Shown one piece after another: positions 10,874-20,620 of a stretch of DNA of 64,000 bases (position 1 is the stretch's first letter; each line of letters begins with the position of its first letter). The notes beneath the pieces are model-generated. The model was not told the origin of the DNA and did not search any database. It saw nothing but the letters and a program-made list of their open reading frames with translations. The stretch lies in contig CAWBAT010000005.1 of NCBI GenBank assembly GCA_963786955.1, forward strand, positions 1,472,001-1,536,000. Direction: 5' to 3'. The position numbers and the translations under genes were made by a program. Source of the stretch: an uncultured Acidimicrobiia bacterium. Lineage in GTDB: Bacteria > Acidobacteriota > Terriglobia > Versatilivoradales > Versatilivoraceae.

Positions 10874-12505
10874 CTAGATCTGGGCAAAAAAAGCGCTACA
10901 AATCCACCCTGTCAACAGACTACTAAACAAGGCAGAAGCCGCACAGCTTTGAGTTCTGGCAAAGACCCATCCAGAACCAATCCAGCCCAGTAGACTCATG
11001 ATGGCAAGCCCTGGCAGTAGTAAGAGTATTAAAAACTGAGCATTGTTCAATAAGAAAAAACCCAGCATCAAGGAGGTGGCCAATATTAACCGAGTAGATA
11101 GGAAATGACCGACGAGCCGCCAGTTCCCCTCGAGCTTCAGAAAATTACGGAAGACCCACTCATCCCAGAGGAAGAAAGGCAATGTGCTGAGTGTGATTAC
11201 CGGAAAACGCCACCCACGAAGGAGTGTCAATTCCAAATACGCGAAATGATTGGAGATCAATACAAACGGATACAACACCAGTAGCAAAAATCCTGCCAGC
11301 CCGCAGAAGACATTTCTTGGCGCGAGATTTAGGGCCTGAACAGAAGGAGTCTTCCAAACAAGAAGGGCCATTCCGGTGATCGAAAGAAAGCCGCTAAGGA
11401 AGCCACCGCCTAAAAGATGAAGTCTTTCCCATGGGTTAAACCCTTTCAATGCGATCAGAGACAAGAAAGTAGAAAGCGCAAAGGCCCCATAAATTTGAAA
11501 ACCCGTCACCGGGCTTTTAGGGGGATCGGCTGTCGTCAGGGAAATCTCCGCTGCACCCTCGACCTGACTGGGGCGCTTTAATAAGGCCCTGCTCAGCAGG
11601 GAGAACGAGGGAAACCATGCAGCGAGAGCCGCCATGCAGAGAAGCCCCTTTACAGCAGCTCGAGCGGCCGGAGAGGGATGGGAATTGAAATCTAAAGCAG
11701 AATTTCCAGCGGTCCGGTTTATCCAGCCTTTGATTTCGCGATACGCTTGGGGCAAGAAAAGGCTGCCTGAATGTTCGGTCTGCTCAAGGACAACCATTCG
11801 GTGAGATCCTCCCGGGGTTTCCCATCGATGGAGGCCGTTCGGAAGATGGATCGTGAGGCCCGTTGTCCCTTCAAACAAGAATACAGCCCCGCGTTGGACA
11901 AAGGGGAAGTCATTTTCTCCGTATAGGATCAGTAAATGGGGCGGAGAATCGCGCCTCACCGGGACCGCTGCCGGGGAAAGTGCGATGACACCGGTAACCG
12001 CTGTGTTTTCCTGGGCCGCTTCAATGGCCAGCCCACCTCCCAGCGAATGGCCAATCAGGAAGAAATCGATTTTGGGGTATCCACGGGGATTCGACTCTGG
12101 CAATTGCAGAATCCAGCGTGAAACTTCCTGAACCGCCCGTTGAGATGCCTCCCAGGTAAAGCTTTCCCTAGAGGTCCCATGACCTGGCAAGTCCATCAAG
12201 TAGCATTCAGCACCGGATTGTGCCATCTCAACTGCCATTTGCATCATGACGGATTTGCTGGCCGACAGGCCATGAATGAAAAGTAGCCGAGGAGGATTCT
12301 GCATACCCAATCCCGGGAAGGCCCCTGATGGCAATCTTCTCCGAATACTGATAACCGGGGTCTGGTATTCCGCATGAATCGTCGTGGCATTCCATTCCAG
12401 CGCTTTTTCCATCTGCCGGTTGATCATATGCAAAGAGATGGAAATTCCAAAAATAGCAGTTAACCAGATCGAATCTTTGGACCTGCGATTGAAAAATGTC
12501 GTCAT
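10874..12505 (-). CDS. Alpha/beta hydrolase with C-terminal multi-pass membrane domain
   Basis: HGL, DLPGHG, GHSLG nucleophile, downstream D and H; about 7 TM helices at the C-terminus; start uncertain (12505 or 12598). Confidence 0.8.
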   Translation of the reverse strand: MTTFFNRRSKDSIWLTAIFGISISLHMINRQMEKALEWNATTIHAEYQTPVISIRRRLPSGAFPGLGMQNPPRLLFIHGLSASKSVMMQMAVEMAQSGAECYLMDLPGHGTSRESFTWEASQRAVQEVSRWILQLPESNPRGYPKIDFFLIGHSLGGGLAIEAAQENTAVTGVIALSPAAVPVRRDSPPHLLILYGENDFPFVQRGAVFLFEGTTGLTIHLPNGLHRWETPGGSHRMVVLEQTEHSGSLFLPQAYREIKGWINRTAGNSALDFNSHPSPAARAAVKGLLCMAALAAWFPSFSLLSRALLKRPSQVEGAAEISLTTADPPKSPVTGFQIYGAFALSTFLSLIALKGFNPWERLHLLGGGFLSGFLSITGMALLVWKTPSVQALNLAPRNVFCGLAGFLLLVLYPFVLISNHFAYLELTLLRGWRFPVITLSTLPFFLWDEWVFRNFLKLEGNWRLVGHFLSTRLILATSLMLGFFLLNNAQFLILLLLPGLAIMSLLGWIGSGWVFARTQSCAASALFSSLLTGWICSAFFAQI

Positions 12506-12735
12506 CTCTCCACGATAAGCGGGTCCCAAATTATTGGGCACCCATTTGTTTGGCTGGGCAGTTTGGCTGCGTTCTCTCGCCTGATTATAACGAGGCATCC
12601 TGGGCAGGAGCTAGAGTTAATCTTCAGCAGCGCCACGGGCTTACTCAACTGGAGTGTTCTGTCACATGTTATAATCCTCGCCGATCGGGTTATAAACAGT
12701 ACAAGGGCTATAGGGAGGATTGTAAAGGAGAGAAG

Positions 12736-13218
12736 GTGCAAAAGGTCTTAGATTTTCCTCATTTGCTAGAAGAAGTTCGATCGTTGAAACGCAATGGCCA
12801 TACGATCGTTTTTACGAACGGCTGCTTTGATTTGCTCCACCCTGGACATATCGCCTACCTGCAGGCTGCCCGTCAAATGGGCGATGCGCTAATTGTCGGC
12901 CTGAATAGCGATCGATCCGTGAAAGAGCTGAAAGGAGCAGCACGGCCCATCCTCACGGAAGTAGAGCGTGCATTCATTTTGTCGGGGCTGGAAAGTGTGA
13001 GCTACATCACAATCTTTGATGAAAGCACTCCGTTGAATTTGATTCGGTCCATCCTGCCGGATGTGCTCGTCAAAGGAGGCGATTGGGGACTCTCTGAAAT
13101 TGTCGGACGTAAAGAGGTAGAGGATGCCGGCGGGAAAGTTGTTGCGTTACCCTACGAGTCGGGATACTCAACTTCTCAGATAGTTGAAAGAATCCTCAAG
13201 CAGAATTCGAAAGGATAG
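12736..13218 (+). CDS. rfaE2: D-glycero-beta-D-manno-heptose 1-phosphate adenylyltransferase (standalone RfaE domain II)
   Basis: FTNGCFDLLHPGH, GLNSDRSV, LVKGGDW, YSTS; GTG start after AAGGAG. Confidence 0.92.
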   Translation: MQKVLDFPHLLEEVRSLKRNGHTIVFTNGCFDLLHPGHIAYLQAARQMGDALIVGLNSDRSVKELKGAARPILTEVERAFILSGLESVSYITIFDESTPLNLIRSILPDVLVKGGDWGLSEIVGRKEVEDAGGKVVALPYESGYSTSQIVERILKQNSKG

Positions 13219-13425
13219 GTACCCCAGCCATTCCATGCCGGAAGACAAGATCCCTAGCATCCGAAGACAATTTGATGAATGATTCCGGTTTAAGGAGCGG
13301 ATCATCCAATGACTGATGATTCCCAATCGATATCCTTTCGTCACGCTGTGCCCTATGAGTGAGTTCCCTTAATAAGGATGACTTTCCATCCATTCCTTTC
13401 CATTAATTAGATTCCTAAGATTGAG

Positions 13426-16400
13426 ATGCCAGTGCAGCGTTGGCTTGAAAAATTGACTAAGGCACGGGAATTTGCGGAAATACTTCAGCAAATAGAGTCC
13501 GGCGAGGAAAGAATTGTTCTAACGGGGATCACACCTTCCGCCAAACCGGCATTTCTCGCAGCCCTTCATCGCCTCCTCGAAAAGCCGCTCCTTTACGTGG
13601 GTAGAGACGGCATCAATTATGATTCCTTGCTGAGTGCCACTGCTTTCTATCATGCAACTATTTCTGGAAGAGATGATAAGAGCTTGTCCGTTTTTCCCGC
13701 CATGGAACCCGAGGCGTTTAGCGGCCTATCCCCCCACGCAGAGATTTTGGAAGAGCGTGCGCTCACATTTTGGAGACTCATCCAGGCAAAGCTCGATATC
13801 CTCTTTTGTCCTCTGTCGGCGGCCTTAAATCGAATCCCGGACCTTCATCACATTTTTGCTTCGGTCCCACGTCTGACGATTGGTGTGGAGTACTCTCCGG
13901 AAGTCCTTGTTAATTTCTTGCTAACAGCTGGCTACATTCAAGAAGAGCCTGTGACAAGTCATGGCTCTTTTTCGCTCAGGGGCGGGATCTTAGATGTATT
14001 CCCTCCAGACTCTGAAAATCCCTGCAGAATTGAATTCTTTGGAGATGCAATTGAATCCTTGCGGGAATTTTCCGTGAAATCTCAACGTTCAATCGGGCCC
14101 ACAAAAGAAATTTCTTTTGTCCCAATGCGCGAAACTCTCCTGGATGCTCAAATCATCAAGGAGTGGGGAGAGTTTGCTGAAATCAGCTTTGACCCGACAA
14201 TATATGAAGAATTCTTTAAGAATCAAATGGTTAGTGCCTTGAACGGAGAACATTTTCAAGGGATTGAGTATCTTCTCCCCCTGACATTACCGTTCGATCA
14301 CACCCTTATAGACTTCGCCACTAACTTTTTCCTGGTCATTGATGAGCCTTCTGCCCTTTCTACGGATTTCGAGCATTGGAAGTTAAAGACCCAAAAAGAT
14401 CGAGAAGCCTTGAGATCGCGCGGAATTCCATGTCTCAGGCCCGAAGAGCTCTATGTTGATTTCCAGGACCTTACCCGTTCTCAGTCGAGAAGCCCTGTAG
14501 TCGTGTTTGACCAACTTGGGGTTTTTCAGGAGGCCATCCCTCAACCAGATACCCATGGGATTGAAGAAACAGAAAGGATGCATTCGGCTCATCAAAGACA
14601 AAACAAGCTTTTTTTTGGGGATCATAAAGGCATAGTAATGCCTTCTGAAATTGAGGAATCGGAGGCGTTGATCCATACCGCTCCGCAAAAGGGTGCATCC
14701 GATTCAAAACCCGAAAGATATATCCGTATTGATGGCGAATCGAGGCCATCAAGAAGATTTCACGGAAATTTGAAAGAATTGGTTCAAGAAATTAATCACT
14801 ACTTAGAACGGCGGGCTTACCTTGTTTTCGTTCAGTCAACCCTGGGGAAGGCGGAACGCCTTTATGACATCCTGAAAGAATATGACCTTAAAGTGCACCC
14901 CGTGTTTCGTGCCCAGGAGGAAGACATCGCTCGTGAGGGCATCACATTAGATTTAACTATACTTGTAGTTGTAGGTGAAGTTTATGAAGGATTTGAGCTT
15001 AAATCGGAAAATCTCATTATTTTCGGAGAGACCGATATTTTTGATGAAGTAGAGCTTCTTGCCAGACCCCTTCGCTCAAAGCAAAAGAGTACGACCTTCA
15101 TCTCTAACCTTAGGGAGTTAAGGCCCAGCGATTATGTGGTGCATATTGATCACGGCATCGGGCAATTTCTTGGATTACGTCAAATTATGGCGGATGGTGC
15201 AGGTCGGGAATTTATGGTCATCTCCTTTTTAGGAGACGACAAAATCTATGTTCCTTTGGAAAGAATGGACTTAGTCCAGAAGTACAGCAGTGCAGAAGGG
15301 GCCCGTCCGCAATTGGACAAGCTCGGGGGTGTCACCTGGACGAAAACGAAAAGCCGGGTTAGGAAGTCGATGCGTGACATGGCAGACGACCTGCTGAAAT
15401 TATATGCGCAACGACGAATTTTGCCAGGATTCTCATTCTCTCCCCAGGGGCATTGGCACGAGGAATTTGAAGAAGCCTTCGAGTTCATAGAGACCCTTGA
15501 TCAAGCTTCTGCGATCAGAGATGTATACAAGGACATGGAGTCGGCTATTCCGATGGATCGGCTGCTGTGCGGTGATGTGGGATTTGGAAAAACGGAGGTT
15601 GCTATGCGAGCCGCATTTAAGGCTGTCTTCGACGGGCGGCAAGTCGTCGTCCTGGCTCCAACTACCGTCTTGGTCTACCAGCATTATCTTCGATTCAAAC
15701 AGCGATTCAACGCTTTCCCGATGAACATCGAAATGTTGAGCCGCTTCCGAAAGGCACGTTTACAGGCTGAAATAGTGCAAAAGCTGGGGGTGGGACAGAT
15801 CGATATCCTCATTGGAACGCATCGCCTCTTATCTAAAGATGTTCAGTTTCGTGACCTTGGACTGCTCATTGTTGACGAAGAGCAACAGTTTGGCGTTGTC
15901 CATAAGGAACGACTCAAACAATTAAAGAAAAACGTAGATACCTTAACTATGACCGCAACCCCGATCCCAAGAACACTACATATGTCGTTAGTTGGAATGC
16001 GAGATATGTCCGTTATTGAGACGCCCCCGCGGGATCGACTAGCAATTCAGACATTTGTAGTTCCATTCAACAAGAAGCTTATACAAACCGCAATAGATCA
16101 GGAGCTAAGCCGTGCAGGTCAGGTCTATTTTGTCCACAATCGCGTTCACTCGATTTATTCTGTAGCATCAATGATCCAAAAGCTTTGCCCTGATGCCAGG
16201 GTTCTTGTGGGACACGGGCAAATGGGAGAGAAGGAGCTAGAGACGACAATGCTCAAGTTCGTCAAGCACGAAGCGGATGTTCTGGTTTCTACTACAATTA
16301 TAGAAAACGGATTGGACATCCCATTGGTGAATACACTCATCGTGAATCGGGCGGATCGTTTCGGTTTAGCTCAACTTTACCAGTTACGAGGCCGGGTTGG

Positions 16401-17106
16401 GCGGTCGAATCGGAGAGCGTACGCTTATTTGCTCACCCCACCGGATAAGGCCCTTTCGGGGGTGGCACGTCAACGTTTGGCTGCTCTTAAAGAATTCAGC
16501 GAATTGGGATCTGGATTCAAAATTGCCGCGCTTGATCTGGAACTCCGAGGGGCTGGGAATCTGCTCGGAGGGGAACAACACGGACACATTAATGCTATAG
16601 GATTTGACCTTTACTGTCAGATTTTGGAACGGACGATCCAAGAACTGCAAGGAGGCGAAGTTCTACCCGAGGTCCAGACCCAAATCAACTTAAAGGTATC
16701 GGTGAAAATCCCGACCGAATACATACCGGATGAGCAGCAGCGGTTGAGCATCTACAAAAGGATTTCCTCTTTAAAGCAAGAGTTGGAAATGGATGAACTG
16801 CTCCGTGAACTGGAGGATCGATACGGGGCCGTCCCGAAAGAAGTGGTGAGCTTAATCGAATTTGTGCGGCTGCGCCTAGTGGCGCAAAAGGCCTTAGTTC
16901 ATACGATCGATCGAGAGCGGGATGCTATTTCGATCAGGTTCCACGAAAAGACTCCGGTCCAAGCGCAGCGAGTCGTTGAAGTCGTTTCGTCTCATCCTTC
17001 AATTTCAGTGACGCCAACTGGGGCACTGAAAATGCAAACATCAGGCCTGATCAACGCCGAAATCCTTCCTTCCGTACGAAGCCTTCTCCTGGATCTTCTT
17101 CCATGA
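13426..17106 (+). CDS. mfd: Transcription-repair coupling factor
   Basis: UvrB-like RGGILDVF, CarD-like VVHIDHGIG, GDVGFGKTE, TATPIPRT, QLRGRVGR, TRCF C-terminal domain. Confidence 0.98.
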   Translation: MPVQRWLEKLTKAREFAEILQQIESGEERIVLTGITPSAKPAFLAALHRLLEKPLLYVGRDGINYDSLLSATAFYHATISGRDDKSLSVFPAMEPEAFSGLSPHAEILEERALTFWRLIQAKLDILFCPLSAALNRIPDLHHIFASVPRLTIGVEYSPEVLVNFLLTAGYIQEEPVTSHGSFSLRGGILDVFPPDSENPCRIEFFGDAIESLREFSVKSQRSIGPTKEISFVPMRETLLDAQIIKEWGEFAEISFDPTIYEEFFKNQMVSALNGEHFQGIEYLLPLTLPFDHTLIDFATNFFLVIDEPSALSTDFEHWKLKTQKDREALRSRGIPCLRPEELYVDFQDLTRSQSRSPVVVFDQLGVFQEAIPQPDTHGIEETERMHSAHQRQNKLFFGDHKGIVMPSEIEESEALIHTAPQKGASDSKPERYIRIDGESRPSRRFHGNLKELVQEINHYLERRAYLVFVQSTLGKAERLYDILKEYDLKVHPVFRAQEEDIAREGITLDLTILVVVGEVYEGFELKSENLIIFGETDIFDEVELLARPLRSKQKSTTFISNLRELRPSDYVVHIDHGIGQFLGLRQIMADGAGREFMVISFLGDDKIYVPLERMDLVQKYSSAEGARPQLDKLGGVTWTKTKSRVRKSMRDMADDLLKLYAQRRILPGFSFSPQGHWHEEFEEAFEFIETLDQASAIRDVYKDMESAIPMDRLLCGDVGFGKTEVAMRAAFKAVFDGRQVVVLAPTTVLVYQHYLRFKQRFNAFPMNIEMLSRFRKARLQAEIVQKLGVGQIDILIGTHRLLSKDVQFRDLGLLIVDEEQQFGVVHKERLKQLKKNVDTLTMTATPIPRTLHMSLVGMRDMSVIETPPRDRLAIQTFVVPFNKKLIQTAIDQELSRAGQVYFVHNRVHSIYSVASMIQKLCPDARVLVGHGQMGEKELETTMLKFVKHEADVLVSTTIIENGLDIPLVNTLIVNRADRFGLAQLYQLRGRVGRSNRRAYAYLLTPPDKALSGVARQRLAALKEFSELGSGFKIAALDLELRGAGNLLGGEQHGHINAIGFDLYCQILERTIQELQGGEVLPEVQTQINLKVSVKIPTEYIPDEQQRLSIYKRISSLKQELEMDELLRELEDRYGAVPKEVVSLIEFVRLRLVAQKALVHTIDRERDAISIRFHEKTPVQAQRVVEVVSSHPSISVTPTGALKMQTSGLINAEILPSVRSLLLDLLP

Positions 17107-17321
17107 GCTTAATTTACCCTGATTCTACAAGCGAGTACAAGAATGGGCTTCCCGGGAGGAGTCATTGCCCCGGCCATATGAAATCCCGCTTAACAACTCG
17201 TTTAATTTCGGCTATCATCTTGATATATCAATGGATGTTTTACGCGAGGGCGTCAGAGCACCAATGATGGAAGAAGTGCTGATCAGTAATTGTCACTATG
17301 AGTCCCTGTCAGGTACATTTT

Positions 17322-18385
17322 ATGAAATCCATCCTAAGAATATCGTGTCTCTTGCAGCTCATTTTGTTCGCGACAACCAGTTACGCCAGACCGGATGAAC
17401 CCTTCGAGGAAATCGTTGTCTGGGTCAACAGCGATATCATTGCTCTAAGCGATTACAACAAAACCAAGGAACTACTTCGAAAGGAGTTGGAAAAATCTCT
17501 TAAGGGGCAAGAACTCGAAAGCGTTTACACAAGACAGGAGAAAGAAATCTTAAAATCGATGATCGATGATCAACTTCTGGTACAGAAAGCGAACGAGCTC
17601 GGGATCTCTGTGGATACTGAAGTCGTCAAATACCTCGACCGAATTCGGCGGGATTTCAATGTCGATAGCCTGGAAAATTTAGAAAAGATGATGGCTCAGC
17701 AAGGGATCGACCCAGCAGAGTTTAAGATGAACGCTAAGTCTCAGGCTTTGAAGCAGATGGTCCTAAGCCGGGAAGTTTATTCACACATCCAGATCAGTAC
17801 AGAAGAGATCAGCAAATATTATGAAGCCCATAAACAGGATTTTGATCGTCCGGAAGAAGTTCGTATTCGGGAGATCCTGATTACCACGGAGGGCAAGAAG
17901 GATTTTGATATGGGGGCCTTGCAAAAAAGAGCTCAAGAAGTATTGCAGAAAGCCAAAACGGGCGATAAGTTTGAAGAACTGGCTGTGAAATATTCAGACG
18001 GGCCAACCGCCAAGGAGGGGGGGAGCTGGGGTTTTTCCCAAAGGGGAAGATGGTGAAGGAGATTGAAGAGGTTGCCTTCACTCTCCGCCGGGGACAAGTG
18101 AGCGATATCATCAAAACAAAATATGGATTAGTCATTATCAAGGTCGAAGAAAAGCATGAAGCAGGGATTCAAAAGATGGACGTCGTGATGAACGAAATTA
18201 GGGACCGCCTCTTCAGCGAAAAAGCTCACCCTGCCATCCAAGCCTATCTGGTCAAGCTCCGCCAAAAGAGTTATATCCAGGTGAGGAGTGGTTTTGTCGA
18301 TGCTGGAGCCGTACCTTCGGCTCTCCAAGCGGATCTGCAAAGCGAGGACTCAGGCGATAAGGGAAAGAAGGGGAAGAATAAATGA
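17322..18385 (+). CDS. SurA-like parvulin peptidyl-prolyl isomerase, split by a 1-nt frameshift
   Basis: Signal peptide, SurA N-domain and rotamase (YSDGPTAKEGG / GQVSDIIKTKYG); adding one G to the G7 run at 18017-18023 restores GGELGFFPKGKMVKE and joins ORFs 17298..18056 and 18050..18385. Confidence 0.9.
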
Positions 18386-18441
18386 GGCAGGGTCTGAAAG
18401 GGCAGGCAGTCGACAAAGAAGATCTGTCCAAAGAACCAAGG

Positions 18442-18717
18442 ATGCGTCTCGATCATTTTTTGAAAATCTCCCGCCTAGTCCACCGCCGGTCGCTGGCTCA
18501 GGAGATATGCGCCCATGGTGGAATCTGGATCAACGGGCACGTTGCAAAAGCTGCCAGATTAGTGAAGCTTGGGGACTTATTGAAGATTCAGCTTCGAGGG
18601 CGAATAGCCCAAATCCGGGTCGTAAAGATTCCCGAAACTCCATGTACAAAGCTTGAAGCCCCCACTTTGTACGAACAGGTTGAATCGCCACATGTCCAGC
18701 GATTCTCAAAACAGTAA
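18442..18717 (+). CDS. rqcP: S4 RNA-binding protein, RqcP/YabO (Hsp15-like)
   Basis: MRLDHFLKISRLVHRRSLAQE resembles the YabO N-terminus MRLDKFLKVSRLIKRR; about 91 aa. Confidence 0.8.
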   Translation: MRLDHFLKISRLVHRRSLAQEICAHGGIWINGHVAKAARLVKLGDLLKIQLRGRIAQIRVVKIPETPCTKLEAPTLYEQVESPHVQRFSKQ

Positions 18718-20494
18718 GCCCGATTTTCATGGGAACGTGGTGCCGATCCGATCAGGTGAGGATGGCACTGAGACCGAACAAAAACTGGCTGCTGCCCGGC
18801 GGCTATTTAGCCTTCATGAATATCGTCTCTGTGAACAGGTTGTTCAGGAAGTTCTGGCCGTTGATCCCCACAATTCCAAGGCCAAAGCCCTTTTTGAATT
18901 AACTTCCATCAAACTCTCGAAGCGAAAGCTCTACAAGAAAATGGTGGATCCCAATCAACCCTCCAGGTTGCAGGAGCCCCACCCCCCGATAGAACCGCTT
19001 AGCTTTGATGTTGACAAGGACTCTCCACCGCGTGCGACGACTTCGAAACAGAACCCAGACCTTCGTGGTTTTACTCAGATTAGTCCTCCCAAAGGAAACC
19101 AACCTCCGTTGATTCGCTCAAGTCGCCCCCCCCTCCGGGTTCAACCGGAAGTGGCTAGTGAGAATCCGTTTGGTTCTCCCACGGACTCCATGCGAGAGCG
19201 GACCATTGCGGCGATGGTTGATCTTCTCAAAGACCGGAAAAAGGGACTTGGAGATTGGAAGGACCCGCGATTTGACCCAGAAACTCATGAATCTGCAGGC
19301 AAACAGGCCGAAGCACCGACTCCGCAGCTCGGGAAAGCAACCCTTTCCTCCCCCACATTACACGAACTCATTCCGGACCCATCAACCCGGCTAAGAATTA
19401 TTTCCGTTAAAGAAGAGATACCGGTTCCAAGTGCAAAGGTTCCTCAGAGTCGGCCGGGAGAGAGTTCAACTCTGCACGTGGATTTCCTACCGGGTTCCTT
19501 GGCGGATCTCTTCGAAACCACTGAGGACCTCTCTGCAGAGCCACTGACGAAGCCTGAAATGAAGGCCCACAGCAATGAAATAGCCCCCTTGCCAGTCCAT
19601 TCGGTTCCCGAAGAGCTGCAAGGCTCCCCGGCGAAACTCTTCGAAAACACGGGGAAACTTCACAATGAACCCGTGCAGGAGCATGAAACAACACTACAGC
19701 CCGTTGAGATGGCCCCGATATCCGTCCCACTGGTTCCTGATGAAAGCCCAGTGGCTCATCATGGAGAAAAGGCTTTGCTCTCTCCTCCCACGGCTCATCC
19801 CATGGTTCCAACCAAAGAAAAGGAGAATAGCCCAAAGACTGATGCAAGTCCCCAGGGGGGGACCCATTTGCTCAATGCCCAAGACTTGACGGCCCCTGCG
19901 CCTCCACCCCCCCAAGAGCGGAAACAACGGACAGTCCAATTGCCGGATGTCAATATCTTTGACCGAATTACCCCGACTCGCGAAACGCCGCCGCATGAAT
20001 TCATTGATCGGAAGCTCGAGCAGCGGTCCGAGGAAATCCACAACTCCGAGATCAAAGCGGTTTCGATTGCCCAAATCAAGAAGTACCTTTATCAAGAACA
20101 ATATGATCTTTGCTCCCAGGAATTGGAGAGAATCCGTGGATTATTTCCGCGGAACTCAGAAATTCAAGCATTCGTCGAAAATACCTGGCGACGGCTGGTT
20201 GATCTAAAAGCAATGAAGAACTTCGAAGGCCAGGCCAAGGAACTCATGCGTTCAGCGGTATCCTCTTATCAAGAGGGAAAATTCACCGCAGCGCTAGCAG
20301 CCGCCCAACAAGTTTTGCAAGTGAATCCAAATCATGCCCAAGCCCGTGAATTTGTCGAATTCGTCCAACGACGGATTGACCCGGAACGGAAGAAAGAACT
20401 CGAAGCACTTCTCGAAAGATATTGTAAGACCTGCGGAACGGGTGTCGATTCCTCCAGCCAATTTTGTCATCACTGTGGCAAGCGACTGTTTTGA
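18692..20494 (+). CDS. Hypothetical protein: TPR-like ends, long Pro/Ser/Glu-rich linker, C-terminal zinc ribbon
   Basis: VLAVDPHNSKAKAL and VLQVNPNHAQAREF TPR-like helices; CKTC-x10-CHHC. Confidence 0.75.
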   Translation: MSSDSQNSKPDFHGNVVPIRSGEDGTETEQKLAAARRLFSLHEYRLCEQVVQEVLAVDPHNSKAKALFELTSIKLSKRKLYKKMVDPNQPSRLQEPHPPIEPLSFDVDKDSPPRATTSKQNPDLRGFTQISPPKGNQPPLIRSSRPPLRVQPEVASENPFGSPTDSMRERTIAAMVDLLKDRKKGLGDWKDPRFDPETHESAGKQAEAPTPQLGKATLSSPTLHELIPDPSTRLRIISVKEEIPVPSAKVPQSRPGESSTLHVDFLPGSLADLFETTEDLSAEPLTKPEMKAHSNEIAPLPVHSVPEELQGSPAKLFENTGKLHNEPVQEHETTLQPVEMAPISVPLVPDESPVAHHGEKALLSPPTAHPMVPTKEKENSPKTDASPQGGTHLLNAQDLTAPAPPPPQERKQRTVQLPDVNIFDRITPTRETPPHEFIDRKLEQRSEEIHNSEIKAVSIAQIKKYLYQEQYDLCSQELERIRGLFPRNSEIQAFVENTWRRLVDLKAMKNFEGQAKELMRSAVSSYQEGKFTAALAAAQQVLQVNPNHAQAREFVEFVQRRIDPERKKELEALLERYCKTCGTGVDSSSQFCHHCGKRLF

Positions 20495-20620
20495 GGAAAT
20501 GGGGAGAGGCTAACCCAGAGTTCCGCCTTAGCTAGTGACAACAATTCCGTATCCCCGGTGGATGCTGTTTTGGCCGACGCTCGGAGATGACACCCACGTT
20601 CTTGGGGGGCACTGTGAATG

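Noticed and set aside
13219-13425. Short direct repeats (gaagacaa twice, tgattcc twice) upstream of mfd
   Set aside because: Too short and irregular for CRISPR or iterons; compatible with chance
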